Assembly (NCBI GenBank): GCA_965222225.1 | Contig: CBDCTK010000002.1 | Span: forward strand, 1,440,001-1,504,000 | Reading direction: 5' to 3' | Length of the DNA: 64,000 nucleotides | Origin: Candidatus Poribacteria bacterium | GTDB taxonomy: Bacteria; Poribacteria; WGA-4E; JAJDTR01 | Shown here: positions 42,661-52,037 of the stretch, one piece after another | How positions within the stretch are numbered: position 1 is the stretch's first letter | How the letters are laid out: the number at the start of each line of letters is the position of its first letter | Program-made: the position numbers and the translations under genes | Notes under the pieces: generated by a model | The model's database searches: none | The model's input: the letters and a program-made list of their open reading frames with translations, nothing else | Told to the model about the DNA's origin: nothing

Positions 42661-42689
42661 ATTCTAGCATAAGTTCCTGGTAGAGGCAA
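42661..42689 (-). promoter_or_regulatory. Putative sigma70-type promoter of thrC
   Basis: TTGCCT-17 nt-TAGAAT with extended TG. Confidence 0.5.
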
Positions 42690-42740
42690 ACGAAAATAAA
42701 ACATCCCAAGTGAGCATAAATAATTTATGCCGTTATCCAT

Positions 42741-44036
42741 TTAAATCGTCAATACCACCTCAATCTCGTTATTTCCAGGTTGTAATTCGACTCGGATGAA
42801 CAAGAGTTGGTCGCTCAACCATTTCACTTCCTTGGCGTTTGAATTTACAAGGGTTAACCCTTCATGGTTTCCCCAGATTGCGAAACCGTAAGGCATTGCC
42901 TTCGAGGACTCGAGCGAAAAGCGCATCTGCAACTGATCCCTAGTGCGAGTGGGGGAGAAATATTCAATTTGTGGTAAGGTAAATTCTACACCGTGGCGGG
43001 ACTCGGTGGGCGGAGAGACATAATTTTTCATATCAATCGGCTCCATTTTGTCCCTCTCAAAGATGAATTGGCACTCGTCATCGTAATAATAAAGGGTTGA
43101 TTGAGAAGGAGCTTTCAATGAAACCTCATCAGCTTTAGGCCCGTTGCCCATAAGTAAGAAAGTTGGCGGCGTCTGCTTAAACGCAAGTTGATAATCGTTC
43201 GCCGCGTCAGAGAGCAGCATCACCTGCGTCGCTTCATGTTCACAAACCTTGCCGAGAAAAGCGTCAAGCTGTTCCGTCCCTTCCGACTCCAATTCCATCA
43301 AATCCGCAGCGCTAATATGCTGAACGTAGCCTAGCCAACGGTTCCATTTCGCGCTTGCGACATAGCAATCGAATGTCTGGCTTGCCGCACCACTTGAAAT
43401 CCATTGTTGAAGTGTAACCTCATGACTGTTTTGAGAGTCCCCTTCCTGCGGTTCCCGATTTTCCGCGAGATTGAAAGATGTACGTTGAATGCCGACAATT
43501 CGGCTTGACGGCGTTCCAGCAAGGTTATGATTATCTCTCGAAGGATAAAAAAACCCAAATGGGCATCCGCGGTCATCTCCGAGGTCCAAATCCGTTGCAT
43601 CCCATTGATATCCCCATAGCCCCTTGAACCCAACTTGTTCCAAAGCATAGAGAAGTACATGGGTTTTCTTATTTGCGCCTGCAACTCGAGGCGTTGCCCA
43701 CTCCATCACTCGGTGTATCTTACCCCATTCGGACGATACATACTTCGGTAATTTCTCGCGCATTGTCACGATGTGCTCGGCTGACTGGATGGTATCGCCG
43801 AGATCAACATCAGTCTCCCATATAGGCCCAATATCCAACATCAGAAGCGGTTCATCGCCGTGCGATTCATGCCATTCAGTAAGATTGTCGGCGAAGATGC
43901 GCGCCGAATTTCCGTTAATCGCCCAAGTAATTGGAATACCGTATTTGTGAGCGACCTCTGCGAGTAAGCCCATCCCACTTCTGAGAGCCCTGCGGTCATC
44001 GGAAATTGCTTTACAAACCAGCGAAAAGGTTAACAT
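42741..44036 (-). CDS. Hypothetical protein
   Basis: 431-aa ORF with normal composition; no motif recognised with confidence. Confidence 0.7.
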   Translation of the reverse strand: MLTFSLVCKAISDDRRALRSGMGLLAEVAHKYGIPITWAINGNSARIFADNLTEWHESHGDEPLLMLDIGPIWETDVDLGDTIQSAEHIVTMREKLPKYVSSEWGKIHRVMEWATPRVAGANKKTHVLLYALEQVGFKGLWGYQWDATDLDLGDDRGCPFGFFYPSRDNHNLAGTPSSRIVGIQRTSFNLAENREPQEGDSQNSHEVTLQQWISSGAASQTFDCYVASAKWNRWLGYVQHISAADLMELESEGTEQLDAFLGKVCEHEATQVMLLSDAANDYQLAFKQTPPTFLLMGNGPKADEVSLKAPSQSTLYYYDDECQFIFERDKMEPIDMKNYVSPPTESRHGVEFTLPQIEYFSPTRTRDQLQMRFSLESSKAMPYGFAIWGNHEGLTLVNSNAKEVKWLSDQLLFIRVELQPGNNEIEVVLTI

Positions 44037-44334
44037 GATGTCAAATACCTGAGATACGGATTAGGTCACAGGAGTTACAGACAAATTGTATTTTAACACT
44101 ATTTGGCAGAGATGTCACGTCTCTACTGTTAGGTCTAAACGAACGGGGACCTTCGGATTTAGCTGTGATGCAATAGTTCTTAAACTTGAGAATTTATAAC
44201 TTGATTTATCCCGTGTATGATGCTAGAGTGATTTTGCGGCAATTCTTGGCTTAACACAGTATCGGATTTGCAATCTACTAAGACGATTTCATCACGTCTT
44301 CACGCACCTACAACTACGTCCAATCAAGGCGTCT

Positions 44335-45564
44335 ATGCGAATTCTTCACACCGCGGACTGGCACATCGGACATCGGCTTTACGAGCGCAACCGAATTGAG
44401 GAACACCGCCAATTCCTAAAATGGCTGCTTGCAACCATCCAGGAGCATGAAGTCGACGTACTGGTTGTTTCCGGGGATGTATTCGATACTGCCCTACCTG
44501 CTTCGGAAGCGACCGGACTATACTACCAATTCCTTTTCCAACTCTACAAAGAGTCTGACGCCCAGGCGGTCATTACTGCTGGCAATCACGACTCTCCCCG
44601 TCATCTGGCAGCGCCGCGGGAATTCCTCAAGATGGGACGTATTCATGTTGTCGGAGAAATCGATTCGAGATTTGAAGGATTTGAAGATTGTGTTATCACA
44701 TTACACTCCCGCGCAGGGGACAAACCAAAAGATGCAGTGACGATCGCCGCGATCCCTTACTTATCCGAGAGTGAACTTCTGCCCCACATTTCGTTCGAGG
44801 CGGAGGTTGAAAGGGCGGAACGATATCGGGAGGCGACGAAGCAACTTTACGAACAATGTGTGGCACAGATGCCATCGCATCTGCCTAGAATATTGATGGG
44901 CCACCTTGTAGTACATGGCGGAGAGGAAAGTGGATCGGAGCGTGTTGTCCAAATTGGGGGAGCATCACTAGTGCGCCCCAGTGATTTCCCGAAGGGAGTC
45001 GACTATGTGGCATTGGGTCATCTTCATCGTCCACAATCAATCTATGGTGCCGATTGTCCGATTCGCTATTCGGGTTCGCCTTTACCAATGACTTTCAAAG
45101 AGGCAGAGTACGCAAAGAAAGTATACTTGGTTGATTTTACGGAAACTGCTGATACTCAACTCACGGAAATTAACGTCCCGGTGTTCAAAGAACTTTGTCG
45201 TGTGAAGGGGAACTACGATCAGGTGATAGTAGAAGCGATGTCCGGGGATTGGAGTGGAAAGTATATTGAGGTACAACTCACTCTTGATGCGCCACGGCTT
45301 GAGGTCAACGATGAAGTCCGCCAAGCGTTTGGAAGCCGCAAGGGCGAGGTGTTGATTGTGGAAGTACAATTAGCGGAACAGCTGCGCGAAACTGGGTTGT
45401 CTGCTGAGGAGATTTCTAGCAAGCCGCCAGAGGAGATTTTCGAGGAGTATTACCGTACAGAATATAAGGACGCAAGGGTCGCTGAAACGGAACTTCCAAG
45501 TTTATTAGAAACCTTTGAAGAACTGGTGCATATTGCCTCAACTAAAACTGAGGAAACTGAGTGA
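44335..45564 (+). CDS. sbcD: Nuclease SbcCD subunit D
   Basis: HTADWHIG, SGDVFD, AGNHDS, ALGHLH and YSGSP motifs. Confidence 0.95.
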   Translation: MRILHTADWHIGHRLYERNRIEEHRQFLKWLLATIQEHEVDVLVVSGDVFDTALPASEATGLYYQFLFQLYKESDAQAVITAGNHDSPRHLAAPREFLKMGRIHVVGEIDSRFEGFEDCVITLHSRAGDKPKDAVTIAAIPYLSESELLPHISFEAEVERAERYREATKQLYEQCVAQMPSHLPRILMGHLVVHGGEESGSERVVQIGGASLVRPSDFPKGVDYVALGHLHRPQSIYGADCPIRYSGSPLPMTFKEAEYAKKVYLVDFTETADTQLTEINVPVFKELCRVKGNYDQVIVEAMSGDWSGKYIEVQLTLDAPRLEVNDEVRQAFGSRKGEVLIVEVQLAEQLRETGLSAEEISSKPPEEIFEEYYRTEYKDARVAETELPSLLETFEELVHIASTKTEETE

Positions 45565-45602
45565 ATGACCTAAAGGGTTATATTAGATCTTGGAGAGATT
45601 AG

Positions 45603-48600
45603 ATGAGATTACTCAGATTGCGAATCAAGAACCTGAACAGTTTTCGCAGTGAGACTGAACTCGACTTCGAGCGTAAACCGCTGAATGGTACATCGCTGAT
45701 AGCAATTACAGGTCCAACTGGGGCGGGGAAAACTACCTTGCTCGATGCGCTATGCGTTGCGCTCTACAACAAAACACCGCGCCTATTAGGTGGTAAACGC
45801 AATAAGAATCCCGGTAATCTGCTGAGTCAGGGGAAAACAGAAGGATTTGCTGAAGCGCTTTTTGAAGCCAAAGGGAATCGTTATCTCGCTGAATGGCGAA
45901 TTAAACGCAACTCAAAGGGCGAACTCAAGCCAGAGGTTAAGTTGATCGAGGCTAATACAGAGAATGTGATTACCGATCGATTGTCCTCGCGAGGCGAATC
46001 TCATGACACAAGCGAGATGAGTGTGAGCAAAGTTATTGAATCCATCTTGGGACTAGATTTTAACGCCTTTAACCGCTCGGTAATGTTAGCACAAGGCGAT
46101 TTTGCGGCTTTCTTAAGAGCGAAACCTGAAGAGCGTCGCGGAATCTTGGAGGCGACAACGGGCATTGGGGTTTACGATCAACTCAAGCATGTGCTGAACA
46201 GAAAGGTCGATGAAACGGAATGGACGTATAATCCCCTTGAAAGGGATTTTGAAGCGATCACATTCGTGACTGATGAGGAAATGGAGAAAGCGCGAAATGA
46301 CCTTGAGGAACAGGAAGTCAAGGCCCAATCTTTGCAGAGGGAACGCGCCAAAATTCTGGATGAGAAGAAGATCGAGGAGGAGCGCGAGCGCCTATTCAAC
46401 CAACTGACACAGGCGGAAATACGTCAGGGACAACTGTTGAACCAGCAGAAAGAGATTAATCTACAGCAATCGGAACTAGAGTTTGCTCACCGTGCCGCAA
46501 AGCTGGTCCCTGAGCAGACAAAGTTTCGAGATGAAAAAAAAGATCTTGAGACGATACAGGGGAACTTTGGAAAAGCTAATGACAGTTTAGAATTCGCGAG
46601 AAAAGACTATGACGAAGCACGGAGGAACTTTGCGGAAATCAATGAAGCGCATCTTGATTTGCGATCAGACAGTGACGCCAGAATAAAGGCGTATCGAGCA
46701 GCAAGTGATGAGGAGGCTCGTGCGAAAGCGCAATTGGAAACGGTTAAGGGACGGACGGCAGAACTTGAAACGATTGGAAAACGTATTGACGAACTGTTGA
46801 AAACAGCTGCATTCCAAGACAAGGAAAGAGCCGCACTGGAAAAGGATATCGAAGAGGATATTTCGTTTTTACAAGAATCGTCGCTGCCGGAAGATAGCAA
46901 CCAATGCCTTAATCAGGCGAATATAGTTCTCCAGAAGCGCAACTGGAAATCGGAATTCTGGAACGAGAAGTTGAAGACGGGAAAAGAGTTACAGTCGAAG
47001 ATTACAGACTTGGTGGATGAGTTGGCAAAATCGGAGGAAGAGCGGCAGAGACGCATCAAGCAAACGCAAGTTGCGGACGCTAGGCTAACACAGGCAGAAT
47101 CCGCGTTGGAAGCACAACAGAATAAAGGCACCGTGGAGACATGGCAAGCGCAAAAACATCAGGCGAGTGAACATCAGTCCATTGCAATCAAGTTCGAGGA
47201 AAACCAGCGTCAATTGAGCGATGAAAGGGGTCAATTGAGGAAGGTGAGTGATTCCTTGAATTCCGCTCAGGAGGAGTTCGCAACACTCGATCGGAAATCT
47301 GAAATTCAAACCGAAGTATTCGGACGAGTGGAGGAAAAAGTGAAGCGCTGCACCTCCGAAAAAGACCGTGCTCGCATGCTGAACCACATCACCGACTTAC
47401 GCGGACAACTCGACGATAATCAACCGTGCCCAGTGTGTGGAGCGATGGAACATCCGTGGCGGGAGAAAAAGGAGGGGGAGCGTGAGAAACAGTTGAAAAT
47501 TGCCTCAGCTAATCTATCGGAGGCTGAAAAGGAACTTCAAGCTGAAAAAAGGGAATTCCAAAATCTGGAACAGGAACAGATTCGGTTCGAGGAAAACGAA
47601 TCGTATCTTAAGGAGCAAATTAGTGAATCTCGCAAGAAGTTTGAATCATTGGAAGAAATCCGCGACTCTGTGCAAATGAACTGGAAGGAGACCTATCCGC
47701 AGAACGAAATCTCTTCGCAATGGATCCAACAGATAATTGAAACAGCGGACGAATCCATCCGCAAACTTCAGGAAGTGCGGGAGGCATCGAAAGACCAGAA
47801 AAGATCTGCCGAACGTCTGAGTGAACAGGAGCGGGAGATTCAGCGCGTCAAGACTGAATTGGATGACGCCGAATCACAAGAACAGACTGTGAATACAGAG
47901 GTAGAAGGTCTAAGCGATGAAATTGAAGCACTTGACACAGACTTCTGGGAGGCGCTGCCTGACGATTTTCGTGAAGAGGACCAAGGGGAGGCACTTAATC
48001 AGTTCGAAGCACGGATTGAGGAAGTCCAAGCACGAAAAGAAAGATTAAATGAAGGACGGAACCGGCTGAGCCTACTCAAATTGGAGATTGAACAAAACTC
48101 GAAAGATCAAAACGCGAATCGAGAACGCCAAGCGGACGTGGTGGCAGAGATAGAGCGTTGTCGTGCCGAGGCCAATCAATTGTCCGAATCAGCGCGAGCA
48201 AAGACGGGAGGATTGACCGCAGAAGCTGCCAGTAACAAGCTGGGGAGGGAAGTGGCAGAAAAAACAGAGCTCCGTGAGAAAAGCCAGAAGGTGTCGAGTG
48301 AGAAGGAAAACGAACTGACCCAGGCACAGACAAAAGCAGATAATCTTGAGTCCCAGCACGCCGCGTGTGTAAAAAAATTGGATGCCGCACAACGCAGCTA
48401 TTTTGAGGCTCTAGAAAACGGTGACTTTGAGTCTCCTGAAGCTCATGAAGAGGCATTTCGTGATGAAGCGTGGATAAAGGGATGTGAGGTAAGAATCGCT
48501 GAATACATACAGGACTTGCGCACAGTTGGAGAGGAAGTTGCGCGATTGCGACCAAATTTCGCCGATCGACCATTCGACCCAGAGATAGTCACGCGCCTTC

Positions 48601-49235
48601 AAGAGGGAGAGGGAGGCATCAATGAGGAGATTGAATCATCCAGCCAGCAAGTTTGGGAATTGCAGGCGAATATTAAGAAATTAGAAGAGGATATCCAGCA
48701 ACGGAACGCGCAAAAAGGCGCGCTCGAAAAAGCCCTCCAAGAGAAGAACCGGTGGGCAAATCTACAGAATTGCATTCCCCACAACAGTCTGCGCGATTTC
48801 GCCCTGGAGCGGATGTTTGATTCGATAATCCGCTTCGCAAACCACCAATTGCAAGATCTTACGCAGCGTTATGAATTGAGAGTGGAAGGCATTGATGATA
48901 TGGTAGTGATTGATCGCTGGAATGGGAACGAAGAGCGTCCGGTGGAAACACTATCAGGAGGCGAAGCGTTTCTGACGAGCCTGTCACTCGCGCTTGCACT
49001 CTCCGAGATGAGCCGTGGTCGGACGCAACTCAACTCTCTCTACCTTGACGAAGGGTTTGGCACACTTGACAGTCAAACGCTGGACATCGCGATCTCTGCA
49101 CTAGAAGGATTGCGACTAGCAGGCAGAACTGTTGTGGTCATCAGCCACATTGACGAGTTGACTAGGCGGATTCCAGTACGAATTGCTGTTGATAAGGTGG
49201 GAAGTGGAAGCTCACGGGCGCGGATACAAGGGTAA
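45603..49235 (+). CDS. sbcC: Nuclease SbcCD subunit C
   Basis: GPTGAGKTT, LAQGDF, zinc hook CPVCG, LSGGE, LDEGFG and ISH motifs. Confidence 0.95.
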   Translation: MRLLRLRIKNLNSFRSETELDFERKPLNGTSLIAITGPTGAGKTTLLDALCVALYNKTPRLLGGKRNKNPGNLLSQGKTEGFAEALFEAKGNRYLAEWRIKRNSKGELKPEVKLIEANTENVITDRLSSRGESHDTSEMSVSKVIESILGLDFNAFNRSVMLAQGDFAAFLRAKPEERRGILEATTGIGVYDQLKHVLNRKVDETEWTYNPLERDFEAITFVTDEEMEKARNDLEEQEVKAQSLQRERAKILDEKKIEEERERLFNQLTQAEIRQGQLLNQQKEINLQQSELEFAHRAAKLVPEQTKFRDEKKDLETIQGNFGKANDSLEFARKDYDEARRNFAEINEAHLDLRSDSDARIKAYRAASDEEARAKAQLETVKGRTAELETIGKRIDELLKTAAFQDKERAALEKDIEEDISFLQESSLPEDSNQCLNQANIVLQKRNWKSEFWNEKLKTGKELQSKITDLVDELAKSEEERQRRIKQTQVADARLTQAESALEAQQNKGTVETWQAQKHQASEHQSIAIKFEENQRQLSDERGQLRKVSDSLNSAQEEFATLDRKSEIQTEVFGRVEEKVKRCTSEKDRARMLNHITDLRGQLDDNQPCPVCGAMEHPWREKKEGEREKQLKIASANLSEAEKELQAEKREFQNLEQEQIRFEENESYLKEQISESRKKFESLEEIRDSVQMNWKETYPQNEISSQWIQQIIETADESIRKLQEVREASKDQKRSAERLSEQEREIQRVKTELDDAESQEQTVNTEVEGLSDEIEALDTDFWEALPDDFREEDQGEALNQFEARIEEVQARKERLNEGRNRLSLLKLEIEQNSKDQNANRERQADVVAEIERCRAEANQLSESARAKTGGLTAEAASNKLGREVAEKTELREKSQKVSSEKENELTQAQTKADNLESQHAACVKKLDAAQRSYFEALENGDFESPEAHEEAFRDEAWIKGCEVRIAEYIQDLRTVGEEVARLRPNFADRPFDPEIVTRLQEGEGGINEEIESSSQQVWELQANIKKLEEDIQQRNAQKGALEKALQEKNRWANLQNCIPHNSLRDFALERMFDSIIRFANHQLQDLTQRYELRVEGIDDMVVIDRWNGNEERPVETLSGGEAFLTSLSLALALSEMSRGRTQLNSLYLDEGFGTLDSQTLDIAISALEGLRLAGRTVVVISHIDELTRRIPVRIAVDKVGSGSSRARIQG

Positions 49236-49380
49236 ACACAGGTTAGCATTCTAAAGTGTCAAACCAATCTGATGATTTCAAGAAAGCGCGAAAGCGCGTT
49301 ACATTCGCGGATTGGTTAAGATGCCCTCCAATCAATTCTCCTCAATTTCTCACGTGAGTTCTACAAGACCACTTCGTCTG

Positions 49381-49443
49381 GTCACGGATATCCGTGAGGC
49401 GCCTAATTTGATTCTTGTACTCTTTCTAGACGAGCGTTATAAT
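49381..49443 (+). promoter_or_regulatory. Palindromic site + promoter of the Rieske/cyt b operon
   Basis: TCACGGATATCCGTGA (49382-49397), 17 nt, then TTGTAC-17-TATAAT. Confidence 0.7.
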
Positions 49444-49539
49444 ATACGAAATTTTGCAAGCAATATTGTAGTGCATACGTTTTTAGAGAATGATTCTTAA
49501 ATCCATCAGTCAAACACCGAACTCTTGAGGTTACATATC

Positions 49540-50028
49540 ATGGCATCTCGACGACAATTTTTCAAGTTCCTCGGATGGGGGAACTTTGTAGCTGCACTCG
49601 GGCTTGCTTTTGGTCCCGGATTAATCCGATTCTTGTATCCCCGTGTTCTGTTTGAGCCCTCCTCGACCTTTAAAGCAGGGTTTCCCGATGAATATCCACC
49701 CGGCAGTGTTAGTGAAAAGTACAAGAAAAATCCATACGGAGTTTGGATTGTTCGACGGGAGGATGGCGAATTCTACGCACTGTTGACCACTTGTACTCAC
49801 CTCGGTTGCACACCGCGTTGGTTTGGCTCCGAAAATAAGTTCAAGTGTCCCTGTCACGGGAGTGGTTTCGATCGGGAGGGCGTCAATTATGAGGGACCTG
49901 CACCCCGTCCTCTTGAGCGTGTAAAAATCGTTTTGGCGGAAGATGGACAGCTCGAAATTGATAAATCTGTGAAATTCCTCGGCGAAAGAGGTGACTGGGG
50001 AACACCCGGTTCGTTTTTGAAAGTTTAA
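49540..50028 (+). CDS. Rieske iron-sulfur subunit of a Rieske/cytochrome b complex
   Basis: Tat-like SRRQFF, CTHLGC, CPCHGS and GPAPRPL motifs. Confidence 0.93.
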   Translation: MASRRQFFKFLGWGNFVAALGLAFGPGLIRFLYPRVLFEPSSTFKAGFPDEYPPGSVSEKYKKNPYGVWIVRREDGEFYALLTTCTHLGCTPRWFGSENKFKCPCHGSGFDREGVNYEGPAPRPLERVKIVLAEDGQLEIDKSVKFLGERGDWGTPGSFLKV

Positions 50029-50148
50029 CCGAGTTTGCGGCACCAGAACTGACTATTGCGCTATGTGAGAAAGGAGCCAAACAGATTCTCCAAATGAGTA
50101 GTTGTCGCGAATTGTTCGCGTGCTCATGGAGTTGACTTCACATTTCTT

Positions 50149-50919
50149 ATGAATGAGAAACGTAACGGACTCAAGGGAAAAATTGTTAATTCTCCAATCT
50201 GGCGGTCAATGTTCCGCCACGGTTACGAGAACACTGGACGGCGGTATACGCTGCAAATCCTTCAAAATGTATGGCTGCATTTACATCCACCACGTGTTCC
50301 ACGCCACGGAATCAACTTCCGTTTTACTTGGTGCATGGGCGGAATCACCTTCTTGATGTTCCTTGTTACTGCGGTCACGGGAGTCCTGCTCATGTTTTAC
50401 TATCGCCCCACCGCAGAATATGCGTTTCGAGATGTGCAGTATCTGGAGTTCGATATCCCATTTGGAATGTTGTTGCGCAACATGCACCGTTGGGCAGCGC
50501 ACGGCATGGTCATCGCTGTTATGCTCCACATGTTCCGCGTTTTCTTGACCGGGTCATATAAGAAGCCGCGTGAGTTCAATTGGGGAGTTGGGGTTATATT
50601 GCTTGTTGTTACGCTCTTTCTCAGCTTCACGGGCTACCTGCTTCCGTGGGACCAGCTCGCCTTTTGGGCGGTCACAGTGGGTACGAATATGGCGCGAGCG
50701 ACTCCCGTCTTGGGACATGAGGGGCCATTCCACCCTCAGGACATCACCCAAGAGAACGATGTGCGGTTTGCTCTCCTCGGTGGAACAATTGTAGGCCCTT
50801 CAACTCTGTTGCGGTTTTATATTCTGCACTGTGTCGCCGTGCCGTTGCTTGCAAGCGTGCTGATGGCATTACATTTTTGGCGGGTTCGTAAGGACGGTGG
50901 GATTTCAGGCCCTCTATAG
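50149..50919 (+). CDS. Cytochrome b6-like (split, N-terminal) subunit
   Basis: WCMGG (heme ci Cys), four heme His, FTGYLLPWDQ and terminal GISGPL. Confidence 0.93.
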   Translation: MNEKRNGLKGKIVNSPIWRSMFRHGYENTGRRYTLQILQNVWLHLHPPRVPRHGINFRFTWCMGGITFLMFLVTAVTGVLLMFYYRPTAEYAFRDVQYLEFDIPFGMLLRNMHRWAAHGMVIAVMLHMFRVFLTGSYKKPREFNWGVGVILLVVTLFLSFTGYLLPWDQLAFWAVTVGTNMARATPVLGHEGPFHPQDITQENDVRFALLGGTIVGPSTLLRFYILHCVAVPLLASVLMALHFWRVRKDGGISGPL

Positions 50920-51104
50920 ATTCAATTAAGATGTCGACCTGGGTTAAAGTTGGCTCAAGCGCAAACGCCCGAAAGTCACACCCGTCAGGTTCAAGGTATC
51001 AAAATATAGCCCACTCATGGTTAATTGTCACTAAGAGTTCTGCTGGCGTGATTTGGTAACATACTTTTTCCGTTAGTTCAAACCTTTGAGGTAATCTGTA
51101 ATCT

Positions 51105-51971
51105 ATGGAACATTTGATAGCACTTGTTACGAAACCTGATAATGTCCCAATCCTTGCAATTGTTTTTCTATTACCATACTTCACTTGGCTCGCATTTAGT
51201 CAAGGACGCAAAAATGACCGAGCTGGAACACCGGCTGAAGCAGCACTCAAAGACAAAGTTTACGTTTGGCCCTACCTTTGCCGCAATGAATTTCTGTGCG
51301 CTATAATTATACTTCTCATCCTCGCCGTTTGGTCGATTACGATTGATGCCCCGCTAGAAGAACCGAGCGACCCCACCATAACCCCCAATCCCTCCAAAGC
51401 CCCGTGGTATTTCCTCGCGCTGCAAGAGATGCTAGTGTATTTCGACCCGTGGGTTGCCGGCGTCGTGTTACCAAGCTTAATTATCGTAGGTTTGATTGCC
51501 ATCCCTTATATTGACATCAACCCAAAGGGGAAAGGCTACTATACGCTTAAAGAGCGCCCGTTTGCAATCGTGACGTTCTGTTTCGGCTTTATCGTCCTGT
51601 GGATTACTCTGATGGTGGTTGGCACTTTTCTACGAGGCCCCGGTTGGAATTTCTTCGCCCCGTGGAATGCATGGGATCCCCACAAAGTCGTGCCACTGAC
51701 AAACGTCAACCTATCGTACAAGTTTGGCATTCGAGACGTGCATACCGCGAATGTGATCGGTTTTGTCGTTGTTGCCGGTTATTTTGCCTTAGGTCCTATC
51801 TTCTATCTATGGAAGATGCGAACCAGCGAATTTCTCCAAGAGTTGGGACTGGTCCGATATATTGTCGTGTCGTTCCTGTTTTTGACAATGCTTTCCCTTC
51901 CAATCAAGATGATTCTCCGGTGGGTGTGGAATATCAAATATATTTGGGTTTCCCCTTGGTTTAATATCTAG
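51105..51971 (+). CDS. Cytochrome b C-terminal (subunit IV-like) membrane protein
   Basis: TPNPSKAPWYF at the PEWY position, IPYID, and multiple TMs. Confidence 0.85.
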   Translation: MEHLIALVTKPDNVPILAIVFLLPYFTWLAFSQGRKNDRAGTPAEAALKDKVYVWPYLCRNEFLCAIIILLILAVWSITIDAPLEEPSDPTITPNPSKAPWYFLALQEMLVYFDPWVAGVVLPSLIIVGLIAIPYIDINPKGKGYYTLKERPFAIVTFCFGFIVLWITLMVVGTFLRGPGWNFFAPWNAWDPHKVVPLTNVNLSYKFGIRDVHTANVIGFVVVAGYFALGPIFYLWKMRTSEFLQELGLVRYIVVSFLFLTMLSLPIKMILRWVWNIKYIWVSPWFNI

Positions 51972-52037
51972 GGTATGTTGCGTAACGTGTAAAACGCAGA
52001 AGATACCTGCCAAACCGAAGTTTTTTGTGTTTATTTT

